DNA of 64,000 bases from Stylophora pistillata (Eukaryota): contig NW_019218054.1 of NCBI RefSeq assembly GCF_002571385.2, positions 14,012 through 78,011 of the forward strand, written 5' to 3'. Within the stretch, counting starts at the first letter, position 1. Each line of letters opens with the position of its first letter. A program made the translations under genes and the position numbers. The notes beneath the pieces were generated by a model, which saw nothing but the letters and a program-made list of their open reading frames with translations, ran no database searches and was not told the origin of the DNA. Below are positions 25,801 through 38,100 of this stretch, piece after piece.

Positions 25801-28800
25801 AGATATCAACCCACTCTAGTGTAAGGAGTACTCTGGGCAGAAAGAACCCAAGCAAGAAAAAATATGTTGCCACCTCAACATTCGTTGCTGAAGAAACTGG
25901 TGAAGTTTCACTGGAAGAGGGCGAAGAAATCGAGGTCGTGCAGAAAGAATCCAGTGGTTGGTGGTACGTTAAAAATGACTTTGTTGAAGGATGGGCTCCG
26001 GAGGCATTTCTTGCACCATCTCAAGGATCAAGGTCTTCATCTCCCGAGTCCCAGGTCCCATCCCAGAGTTGGGACACCCAAGATCAATCAATTGAAATTA
26101 GGCCAAGGATGGAATCCCTTACAGAGAGACCAGATGTAAAAGAAGAGGAGAAAGTTGTACCCCAAGCAAAAGTAAAAGTAAGTAAACGTCGAATTCACGA
26201 ATTTCAAAGGCTTCTGCTTATCATATCTTATTCAGGTTTTCTTTAGTATATCTTGTATAGCAAAACTGTCAAGCGAAAATACACATTTGATGTTTGTCAA
26301 AATTTTATTTCTATGCTAGTTCCTTTCTTCTCCTTCGTTTAGTGAAAAGAATGCGATTTAAAAAAGGCAAAGTTATGAGTCTATTTACCAAACAGACGTT
26401 TTTCCTGCTTTCCTGCTTGCACGAGAGTAGACGTAATTGAGTTGTCAATTATCACGCAGGATGCAAGTGTTCAGCTTCAGGCTTCATTGACTAACTTCAA
26501 TGAAAGAGAAAAGCCTGAGTATCGTACCAAATCATCGATCAATGATTGTCAGGACTTTGAAGTCATAATATAGAACACAATGGCTGCCATAACTTACTTG
26601 TAAAAGATAGATGTTTCCATGAAATACAGTCGTTAGAACTGATGCGTTTGAAGGTTATATGAACAAGAAGTTCATAAGACCGCTCAGTGATTAAAACAAA
26701 TTGAACACTCTAGTTGTGTTAGCTTTGAACTAGCAACGGTCGCGACGTCGGTAAATTAAACAATAAACATACTAAAAATGACTTAGCACTTGAGACGCGG
26801 TTAGTGGTCGTAGATTACATAACACCATTGACGCCATTTCCGTATCACTGCGAGGTGACGCTGTACAATGACAGCGCGGTCGACGCTCATTAAAAGCTTT
26901 TGTACTTTCCATTTTCTAGTCTTTGGAACGTCCCGAGGAAAGAGGTTCTCAAAAGAAGCACATAGAAATGAATCGACGACCCAAATTTCTAACTATTGAG
27001 GGAATCCAGAAACGGAAAAACCCAGACAAAAACTACGTAAGTGTCTGTTTTTGTCTTTCAGCTGTATTAGTTATTTTTCATCATTTTTAAACCAGAATTA
27101 TAAAATGATACCACAGATATCATAACAGACCGATGGGAATTCAAAAATAAATAACACTTTGCAAGATTTTGTTGTAATAAGAGGCAAGAAGTCTACCTGA
27201 GTATGATAGACTCAAAGACGGAAGTAAATCAATGTGAAAACTTCACTTACTACAAATTGCCTGTCGAGAATACCACTCTGGGTTTCAACCTGCATTTCAG
27301 AGATGACATACTTCTGTGATTTCAACTATACAGCATAATATCAAATGAAAATGTCTCAGATTTCTTAAACTTTTCTTTTTATCAACTGTTAACTACAAAA
27401 CTACCGAATACGAATACTACAATTAGAAACTCTCTAGAATCCCAGAAACCAAACATTTCCTACAATCAACGATATAACAATCTTGCGTGCAAAAATATGC
27501 CCAGGACAGACAGCGAAAAAACCCTCAGCTTCAGTGATGTTCAAAAACAATAACGAGACATGATAATAAATATGGATGTGGCTTTGGCGGTAACGCTAGA
27601 ACGTCGCTACTTTCTTTTACGGAAAAAATGAATAAACAAAGTAACACGCAATGTCTGCGGGCTTTCCTTGCCAGGTTTACATCCTCAAAGTGGTTTGGTC
27701 AGACGGAAACATCAATATCGTTTACAGAACTTGCAGCGATTTTTTCTTTCTTCAGGTAAGGCGACAAGGGATAAGGGCACCTTTACAGATTTGTTTTTTT
27801 TTTTTTTATTGTTTTCATTGTTACGGCTTATCTATATTGTTGGTGTGAGTCAATAAAGATATTGCCTCTGTGTGGGCTCTCTCGAACAAAACCTTTACGC
27901 AAGTCACTGTGTGGTTTTATAAACGAAGCGCGGACCAATATATCAACTACGTCGTTGAATTCTTTTAATACCTTGCTAGTAAACAAATTAAGTGAGTTGA
28001 AATATTGCCATGTCATCACACATGAGCCATCAACTCGACGTCAAATAATTGGTTAGCTTGGCAGGTCAAGACTCGCGTGTTGGGTAAGGCGGAGGGGCAC
28101 GTGATGGGCACGTGATGTCAGTCTAGAGGTTATACAGCTGTTCACTAAATAACATTCAGCGAAAAATCTGCGTTTGTAAACTCACGAGGAATCATTTGGA
28201 AACAAAAGAGAAAACAAACCATTCAGAACCTAAAGATCTTTTTTGTTTATTTGAGATAAAGGTGTTAACGTTTGGCGTCTTTTCAACAAAGCGTTGTATA
28301 ACAAGGAAAAAAAGATGACAAATAGAAAGAGCGAAAAGTGCATTAAGTGCTTTATTTGTATTTGTTTCAAAACACATCTCAAGATTGGCTTTCCAGTTTA
28401 TTGATCTACAGGGGGTCACTTGGAAAAATGAGTTTTGGCAACTTTTGTAATTCAATACTCTATGTTTTGCTTTTGAATTTTCTTAGGAAAATCTCAGAAA
28501 GGAATGTCCAAGTGCCATTGGAAAGGAAATTCCTGCTTTGAAAGGTAAACTTGAACTGTTTATAAAAATCCAAACTCCAATCCTTTCTGCATAACTATGA
28601 TAAAATCCAAAAAAATCCAAAAATCCAATCCTTTCTGGTGGTATACCAAGAGGCGAAGATCTTTTCACTGAATCATTTCCGTGGCCTGACTTCTATTCAA
28701 GTTAGCTCTTTCGACTCGAAGGTTATGCGCCTCGATGAAAATTTGGGGAGAATAATACGTAATGTTATCTACTCCTAACGTTTCAGAACAGTACATAAAA

Positions 28801-31800
28801 TTCATGTTTAAAAAAAAAATATAGGTTTACAAAGAAACGTTTTAAAACTCAAAAGTATTGCGTGCGTGAGATCTGAGGAATGTTTTATGATCTACTATGA
28901 AGCAAATACAAGTAATAAGTCCATCAGAGCATGACTGGAATTTTAATATATATCTAAATTTTTGTTGTTCTTTTTGTATGCATTGCAGGAAGAAAATTCA
29001 CCGAGAACTGCCAGTTCTGCTTCAAGGATGGAACATGCAAGAGACAAAAATTCATGAACCAGTTTTGCCATGTAAGTAAAAAGCTTTTCATTGCAATTAC
29101 CAATATCTTCTGAAAAGACCTTTGCCGCGTAAAACAGACACTGGATTGTTCTAACAATTTTTCTCTTGCCCTCTTTTAGGAACTGGTGAATGCACCCGAC
29201 CACATCTCTAGAAGCAAGGTTGTCATGGATTTTTGCAGGTCTCGACCTAGCGATGTGCTTCCTCATGGAGAGTGAGTAATATTTTTTGTTTCTTCTGGTG
29301 AAATGATTTTTATCATAGTTATGCAGAAATTAAAATAACTTGATAGATCAAATAAATCTGTTGTTTTTTAAACAGTTTTTCATTTTGAAAGTTTCGCTTG
29401 AATATTGAATTGGTAAATAACATTTCTTCCACCTTTTATCTACCATTAGGGTTGGAAAGAAGGATGGAAAGTCTACGGGCGGTAAGTAAAGTCAACTAAA
29501 TCTAATTTGTCAGAAATACGCAATTAATTGATTAGAAGTTAAATCACGCATTTGTTAATAATTTCAGATGACGACGAGAACGTCCAGATCTCTGGTCCAG
29601 TGGTTTTTGAACAATATGAAGTAATATGCGATTATAAGAAAAAGAACAAGAATGACATTTCCCTACCAGCTGGAGATGTCGTTGACGTCATAGAGAAGAA
29701 TGATTACGGTGAGTAACTTGGAATTTTGAAGACTTTTTTTTGCCCATTAACATCCTCGTTTTAGTAAATATTCTTCCAAACACTCTTGAAACCCTCTTCA
29801 AATCATACGCGAACCCGGCATCCGCATCTCTTCTTTTTTTCCAACGTTTTTGTCCAGTCTTTTACGCGTTCTCCTTCACCTTATTCTCTAACGGATCAAT
29901 TATTTGATCTCCTTTTCAAGGCTGGTGGCTTGTTGATCGTGATGGAGAGTTAGGGTGGGCTCCTGCTTCTCATCTTGAGCCCACAGATGATGGGGCTGAG
30001 GTAACCTCAGCAAAACACTTTGCACCAGGGAAAGGTAGGTTGAAATAGTTGGAATAGATCTCTTGCCATGAACATTTCTGAAATTTCGTGCATCAGAAGA
30101 ACAACGGAGATACCTTTTTCAGCTATCCAAACTGTTGTGATAACATTTTGAATACGTAAAGTTAAATTTTCATTTGTATAATGTGTGGATTCGAAGATTT
30201 TTATAAGGATTATAAAGCAATGTTAATAGAGTCATCAGATGCGAGCTATGATCCACGCCATAAACAATGCACATGTCATTCCACCCATAAACAATGTGCA
30301 GCTGTAGTAACATCTGAATAGGGACCTTAAGAAACCACGACGGCGACGGCAACGAGGACGTAGAAAAACAAGAGATCTAATTGGCAGAACAATAGCTCAG
30401 CAGTGAGTTTTGAAACTTTATACATTTCTTAGCCGTCCTATGCAAAACAACACCGTGAAATCGCCAAAATTTGCGTCGTCTGCAAACCGAAACCGCGACG
30501 GCAAATTATCTTAATTTCCATTTGGAACTCAACGGCTACTTTATACGTCATTCTGAAGTTGAGCTGTGGCGCTGTATGAGATAGTAAGCTCCTGCAGCCA
30601 TTTTTGAAATTCTAACTAAGAGTAGAAATTCATTTTTTAATCGAAGTCTTCCTTGGCGTCGCCGTCGTGGTTTCTTAAGGTCCCCATTAACTTAGCTCAA
30701 ACTCCGTCTAAACTCTCCACGACTATTAAGCTGTCTCCTTCAACGTGTAAGTGTTTGATTGTTAAGCCAACCCATGTTTTGTGCATCAGATGAGATGTTA
30801 ATCAGGAAATTCTTAGAATTCTGAAAAAGGAACGAAAAAAAAGGTAAAAATCCTAAGCTGAAATATACGTTTTTGTCCAACAGAGGAGATCTACGTGTCA
30901 ATTAAACGTTATCAAGCTACAGCTGCGGACGAATTGTCTTTTGATGCTGATGTTATGTTAAAGGTGGTTGAGAAGACCTTGGACGGATGGTGGCTCGTAA
31001 GGTATTCCACAAATAAGAATTTCTAAAGATCTTCTTTCAGCCCGTACAGTTGAATATTTTTTAATTTTTAACTTCAGTGGAACGGGTAATGAATTGTACA
31101 TTATAATAATTTGTGTTACCAGGTATCAGGGTGAAGAAGGATGGGCACCTGCCATGCATCTGAAAAGAGTGAACTCAGACGACTCAGTAAATGCAGAAGA
31201 CAGCACTTTGGATCAATTAAACATCGTCTCCAACGATGACGGTACAATTGAGTTACCAAGTGTTTTTCTTTAAGATATGATATATTTCAATTTACAAAGC
31301 AACCAGGTGGATAATCGAAAAGGGTTTGATGCTACTCTGATTTAATAAATGTAACCGAGGAATTATACTTCATTGACCCAACGTTTCGACACTCCTGTCT
31401 AGTACCTTCATCAGGGGTAATCTAATCGTTGCATTAAGAGGTCCTTTTTCTTTCATGTGATCGATGATTTTTTTTTCATTTTAAACGTCGTCGTAGAAAA
31501 ACAATTCTTCTAGGTTCCCAGAAAAAGGCAAATCAATGACCTTTCAGCTCGTGCTCGCTGGGATCGACCAGTGAGCCATGGGAGGTTGATAAAGCATTAT
31601 CTTAAAACATTAACTACAAACTGCCAGTTTAGAGAGAATAATACCAAAACCCGAGCTCATAAAACTTCATTTAGCCTGATGAAGTAGTTTCCATTCATTA
31701 AGATACTGTTTCCAGAAGTTTAAGCCTTGAAATAAATGCGAAAACCTTTCAACACGAGTTAATATGTCTGATGAAATTTTCATTTCTTTATAATAGAGTC

Positions 31801-33193
31801 TACCAATGACGAAGGCCCGGTAATCCCACGCGGCGCTCCTACACGGCGAAGTCAGGTGAGTCAGGCTTAAGATGATTGCTGTTGACTAAGAGCCTCTGCG
31901 AAAATCATTTTTATTATCACTATTTCAACTTTGCCGATAATAAAGAGCCTGACAGTCCCATAAGTGAGGGAAGCCAAGGAAAACTAATACTATCCGCGCT
32001 TCGCTTTGTTATGGAAAAAGCTTTTCACTCATCTTTACCAGGTTCTCCCGCATCAAAAATCTTTTCCTCCTTGCACGGAAAGTAATTAAATGAACAGACA
32101 GTGATATAACTAAAGTAAATATATGTTGGATAGCCTCTTCTTTGGTAACTATGCCCTTCAAGGGAAGAAAAACCTTTGATTTAAATACGACAAGGGTCGA
32201 AGTAAAAGAGAAAGGATGACGATTCCCAGTTTAAGAAAGACAAAATGTTTCAAAAGAAATGTAAGTAAATATTAGCCCAAAAAACATTCTAATCCCTATC
32301 TTTTGCAGGTCCAAAAAACAGGAAGATTTAGACAGAAGAAAAATTCCCATGACCTTAATGGAGTTCCAGAGGAAGACAACAGTGCCGAAAAAGCCACAGA
32401 AGAAAAGCCATCTCTGTCAGCACAAGTAAATCCCCCTCCTCTGACGAAAAGGATTTCGGGAAAAAACTTGTCTCTCCCAAGGTCACCCTCCAGACCACAC
32501 TCCGGCGAGCTTCCTCACGGAGACGTGACTCGCCAGTTCTCCATTTCAAGCAGTGGATACGAAAGTTCTCCAACTGGCAGCCTTACTTCCCTCGTGTCTG
32601 ACGTTTTTCCCGAGGATACTTCGTCGCCAAAGGGTGGTGTGAAGAGGTGCGCAACACTACCTCAGTTTGACCACATTCAAGCCCAGATTATGCCATCCAC
32701 GCAAAACTCTCCAGAGATACCACGATCTCGATCTGTAACTTCTATGGCACAATACAAAAAAGAATTAGAATTGAGTCTCAATGGTATCCAATCAAATGTC
32801 AGAAAGCCCAGCTCGGGAAGAAGCAGCCCTGTTTCCACCCCGAGAAAGATTTCTGCATCGAATAGATTGAGTCCACTAGCTTCTTCGCCCTCCAGAAATC
32901 GGGAGTTTGGATCTGCATCGCCTCAAAGGTTGTCTCCGAGAGACTCCATTTCTACGGTTGACGATGACGACTATCAAAGCAGCAATTCTGAACGTAAAAA
33001 TGGGGATCAAAGTGAATCAAGGGTATATAAAGCTATTTATACATACATCGCTCAAGAAGATGGCGAGGTTAGCCTTATCGAAGGAGATGACGTTGAAGTA
33101 ATTGAGATGAGTGAAAATGGTTGGTGGCTCGTTCGAACCTCCGAAGAACTTGGATGGGGACCTTCCAATTTTCTACAACTGACGGCATGTTGA
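22890..33193 (+). CDS. Double-PX, four-SH3 scaffold protein (NCF1/p47phox- and SH3PXD2/Tks-like NADPH oxidase organizer), about 1074 aa, 19 coding exons
   Basis: Exons: 22890-22964, 23828-23908, 24454-24532, 24702-24781, 24901-24989 (PX1); 25061-25113; 25309-26177 (Ser-rich + SH3); 26920-27036, 27675-27755, 28487-28544, 28989-29071, 29180-29271 (PX2); 29450-29481; 29568-29708, 29921-30034 (SH3A); 30884-31001, 31123-31241 (SH3B); 31797-31855; 32309-33193 (Ser/Pro-rich + SH3). All GT-AG, phase-consistent, total 3225 nt with no internal stop. Motifs: GIQKRKNPDKNYVYILKVVWSDG, ISGPVVFEQY, KNDYGWW, KTLDGWW. An in-frame TAA lies upstream of the ATG. Confidence 0.85.
30321..30684. mobile_element. MITE with about 27-bp TIRs in an intron of the double-PX gene
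   Basis: Left gggaccttaagaaaccacgacggcgac and right gtcgccgtcgtggtttcttaaggtccc are perfect reverse complements. Confidence 0.85.
31373..31421 (-). ncRNA. Minimal type I hammerhead ribozyme-like motif (Penelope-like element remnant)
   Basis: Minus strand reads ACCC-CUGAUGA-A-GGUACU-agacagg-AGUGUC-GAAACGUU-GGGU: core boxes CUGAUGA and GAAA, 6-bp stem II, ACCC/GGGU stem I, palindromic AACGUU in place of stem III. Confidence 0.6.
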
Positions 33194-35130
33194 GCTCTAG
33201 CAACTCAAGCGCAAAAAAAATGAACAGGAAGTGTTAGAACTTTACCAGCAAATGGGTCACACGCACAAACCGTCGTAAAAGAACTATAACTGGGTAAATT
33301 TCAAACATCTGTGCTCTTTGCTGGAACCTGGGTGTGTAATCTTGCACAAGGCTTATTGCCAAATACAGTACGCCATACCAAAAGTTAATAAGTTCTAATA
33401 AATTAACCTTGATCGGGGGCAAAGTGGAGGAAATAAGGCGCAAGCTTTTGACGCAGTTTTTCCTGAGTACTATTCTTATTTTCCCGTCTCCTATTGTTCC
33501 AATTGTTAAGTCTATTCTACATCTGACTTTGCTTCTAAAATTTAAAAATCATGCTAGTACACTAAAAGGTATTCTTAAGTATTTTGTAAAATATATGAGT
33601 AATCATTAAAAGTTCGCGTGTTAGATTTTAAGGTCATATATCACATAGAGAAACCAAAGTTATTCCAAAAAAAGGTTTTTTTGCCTATCTATTCTTTACA
33701 GATCACAGTTAGAGCGATAAATGTTGATTGAGAAACAGATTTAAACTGTAGGCTACGTCATTACTAGCTTTAGAATCTAGTTAATCGTCTAACGCGTCCA
33801 TTGTAAAGAAAAAAAGCACTAGAGCAGAGATATCAGCAAGTAAAGATTGTACAAAACATAAGTCGTAAATACCCATTTAATTTCAGCAACGCAAGCTTAA
33901 CAATATGCGTTTATAAAAATATTACTTGACGAATTACTTTTTTAAGGTAATTAACGGTCTTTTAACTGTTGTAACTTTTGATTAATAAAATGACATTGTA
34001 TTATGAAAGAAACTACCAAAACTTTTCTTGCTAGTTTGATTCTAGTTTGAAAAATTTTAGTGCTATAACACATCCGTTAAGTAACAAAGTCAACTGAAGG
34101 GAGGCCAAATTGAAATAGTCTTGATCTGTTTTTTCAATTACTTACTCCAGTTCCTGATAAGCGAAAATTAAGTCAATATATGAAACAAATGCTATCTTTG
34201 GTAGAACGCTTTATATACTAGCAGCTTTCATTCTCACCAAAAGAAGAAAAGAAAAAAATCTCTCTCTTCATTCCCTCCTATAATAGGAGAAAGAAACGAG
34301 AAGGAGAAAAATATGTACCGGAGAAGTGAAAGAAAACTACGATAGCGAATCCTCATTATATATTGTATTCCAAAGGCAACCTCCCTCAAGTTAATTTCGA
34401 CTCGAGATATTTTGCATCTCCAGAATAAAGTACTAGCAGCGTGCGTATTGCTGGAATGCTTCGGTGGAGAACAACCAGCCGCTGCATGAGATGCCCACAC
34501 GAGCGAACCATGCGACACGAAATTGGCCATTTCTAGATTTTCCTAGGATTTTTTGAAAAGCTGCTCTACTTATGTCAGATTTTACTTAAATGAGCAAAAA
34601 TCGCTCTTAGCTCAGGCCTGAATATGAGATCCACACATTCAGAGGATTAGAGAGAGGCAAACACACTGATGCTCGGAATAGCAACTCTGCAGCCTCCTCG
34701 CCTAAGGAATTGGCAGATAATCCTGATATGGGAATCGCTAGTTCTCGGGCTTTCCCAACTTGGTACTTTCAATATGTAATCGTTGTCGAAAAGTACTTTT
34801 TCAGTGATCAGTGAAATTTTTTTGCCTTACTGAGTCCCCCAACATTGACTTGAAACCTACGTTTTGGTGGACACTAGCAATGACATAAGGGTGAAACGTC
34901 GGTTCACTATAGGGAATCCTACCCGAAAATCCATTCTCTACCAAACTACAGACCCTCTCTCAAAAAAACTGTCTCGAACATTGAATAAAGAAACAAAAAA
35001 ATATAATTAGAATCAATAACAAAAACGCTATAGTTTAAGAACAGTCTACTATTCACAAGTGGTCTCTTCGTGTGTTTAAGATATACCAATGTTTGGCCTG
35101 AATAGGCAGTTCTTTTTTCGATCTGACTTT

Positions 35131-38100
35131 TCAACGTGAGAATTCGATATCTTCGTCATCGTTGAATTCTTCCAAGTAATTTGAGGGGGCCCAACCCACC
35201 TCGCCTTGCTCATTTTGTATAAACCACCATCCGCTTTCACTCTTGCGCAATATGGGTAAATATTCTCCACTCTGTAGGTCTATCTCTTGGCTGTCGAGAT
35301 CTCCTTTGTAATCTTCAACTGCACGACAAGACATCTGGAGTGTGCCTTCTTCTTCTTCTTCGAAATCTTTTTGTTGCAAAGTGCATTCTGTTTCTCCGTT
35401 GACTTGAGGAGCAGGACAAAGTACGCTGGACGATAACCAACCTTTCATTCCTCCTTTATTCTTGACCAACCAGAATCCTGTGGATGCTTTGTCTAAAACT
35501 TGGACATATTCACCTTTAGAGAGGCGCATTTCATCGTCAACTTCGCAGTCTTCAATCACAAGATAGATATTAATTGAAAGGTCATCCTCATCTCCTGTAA
35601 CGTTTACTTGGATTTCAAAGCTTTCTGTGGAGCGAATGCTACCATCAAGGCTCATTCTCTCATCGTGGTCAAGAACTTCTTCTGTTTCATCTCCTCTAAC
35701 GATTGGCTCTCCTGTTTCATCAACCACAATTGCAGGTGAGTGGCTGGTTTTATGATGCAGAACCACTGTGTTGAACGACATTTGCGCCAGCTCGGGATCT
35801 GATTCGTCGTCACTCGAGCTCCACTTCTGGATGTCATCATTAAGCTCCTCTGACTTCTCTTTGTCTATCCCCGCTTGACGCATGAGTTTTCCACTTGGTG
35901 AAGGAGGAACCCTTCTAGGAGCTGCAGTCCGAGGGGATTCGTATCCTGAGGGAACTGGCGGTGGCCTCATCGGTGAATTAAGTCTTGGAGAGTCTTCGCT
36001 TAAAGAAATTGTTTTGAAGTGCCTCGATGAATCAAGAGGTACCTCGAAATTTATCGGTGTATCGGACACACTTTCGGGACTCTCTGCATTTTCGGTGGTT
36101 GTAGCACTATCATTTCTTCCATCAGAATAGTTAATGTTGTTATCGTCACCGTTGAGGTCATGCTGCAAGTTACCGGTGTCATTCTCGTTCCCACTTGCGG
36201 AGTTTGAGTCTTGTGGAGACAGATCGTTGAGATCATTTTCTGACTCTTCTGTTTCTGTATTTTCAGTGCCATTTGGATTTGATTCTGGTATCTCGTTGAT
36301 CTCTGGCATTTCACTTGTCTCCACACTTCGACTCTGGGAAATCTCCATGGACCGGTCGTCATTGGTTGGTGGCTCGGGTGCCTCCTCAACGCTGTGCAAA
36401 GACGACATTAAGGACGAAAGTGATGTTTTCATACCTGATGTTTCTTCGCTTGCTTTCGCTTTCTGCTTTTTGTTTCGTTTATTCAATTGCAAAAAATCAG
36501 AACCCTCAACAACTGCACCATTAGAATCTCCATTGTCTTGTACACCAGCAAACCTCAGTTTAGTTTTCTGTCAACAACAAAAACAAAAAGGATATAGTCA
36601 CATTACATCACATGCAATCAGGCAAAAACATAAAAACCCTCTACCGAAATCAACATCAGCGCTTGTCATTCTGCTAAGTGTTCCTCAGCAATAACAAATT
36701 CTTTGCGTTTAAAGTTGTCTCTTTCCGTCTTATTTTAGTTCACTTTATCAATAATTGTCTTGACTCAATTTACCCCCCACCCCTCCCCCACTGCAGCTAT
36801 CCATAAATCAACATGTGAGAGCTATGATGGTTTTTGCCTTCCTTTTCCTTCATTTTACTTAAAGGTCCGGTAATACGGGCAACATTTTTCTTCAACTTGT
36901 CTTGCAACATTGTTGCATTGCAAGTTGAAACCCTATGTTGCGCGTATTACCACGTTCGTGACCAACTTGTCTCGCAGCATAATATAGTGTTGCAAATTCG
37001 CGGAATCCTGCCCGTATGATTGGTCAGTCGTATGTAAACAAAGATGGCGGCTGCTGAACTCTTTCTTTGTCGGAAGAGAGCGCTTGCAGCTCTCTCTGTT
37101 TGGGCCTTTTGCTCGGTGAAGACGAGGAATTGTCTCGAAAACGAAATCGGAAATTTTACATGCAACAATGGATTTCCCGGAGAGAGGAGAGAGGCGTCTT
37201 TCACCAGCTAATTAGAGAGCTTGAAGTGGGGGATGTCGTGGCGTACAGAGAGCTTTTCCGTATGACGAAGGAGCAATTTTCCTTTCTGTTGGGAAAAGTA
37301 TCCCCGCTGATCCAAAAGAAAGAGCAGCCATCACCCATCAATTCTGTCCGGGCGACAATACAGCCAGATGAACGCCTAGCTGTAACGCTACGGTATTTGG
37401 CAACGGGAGAAACTTACCATTCCTTCGAGTACTCGTTCAGAATTTCAAGCCAAACAATTTCTTCAATCGTGTCAGAAACAAGCCGTGCCCTGTACAAGGT
37501 AAGCAGGTCTTGAAATCGTTGGTTTATTTATATAACAGCGTCGAAATTAACATTCTTGACATACATTTTAATTTCCTATACTACAGGTACTTGCTCCAGA
37601 ATATCCAAAAGTACCAAACACAGAAAGTGAATGGGACGCAATGGCGGACAAACTGGAGGCAAGATGGAATTTTCCGAATGGTATTGGCGCTATAAACGGA
37701 AAACGTGTCATAGTTCAGCAGCCATCTAATTCTGGCTCTTATTATTACGATTACAAAGGGAACAACAGCATTGTTCTCCTTGCTGTGTTTGGGCCTGACT
37801 ACCAGTGCCTTTGGGCGAGTGCTGGAACAAATGGTCGTTCGCCAGACTCTGCCATATGGCAAAATTGTGACCTGAAAGAGGCACTGAGTTTAAGTCACAA
37901 CACTTTGAATTTACCAAAGCCTAGACCCTTGCCAGAGAGAGTAATGCCAGTACCATATGTCCTAACGGGAGACGATGTCTTTGCCTTGACAAGATTTATG
38001 ATGAAGCTTTTCCCACTGGCAGGATTGTCAAGAGCAGAGCAGATTTTCAATTACAGGTTGTCGCGCATGCGGAGAAGCTCAGAAAATTGTTTTGGTATCA

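Noticed and set aside
25433-25873. Antisense ORFs over large exons (also 36134-36694, 40368-40727, 62077-62412)
   Set aside because: Shadow frames of real coding exons with no independent motifs.
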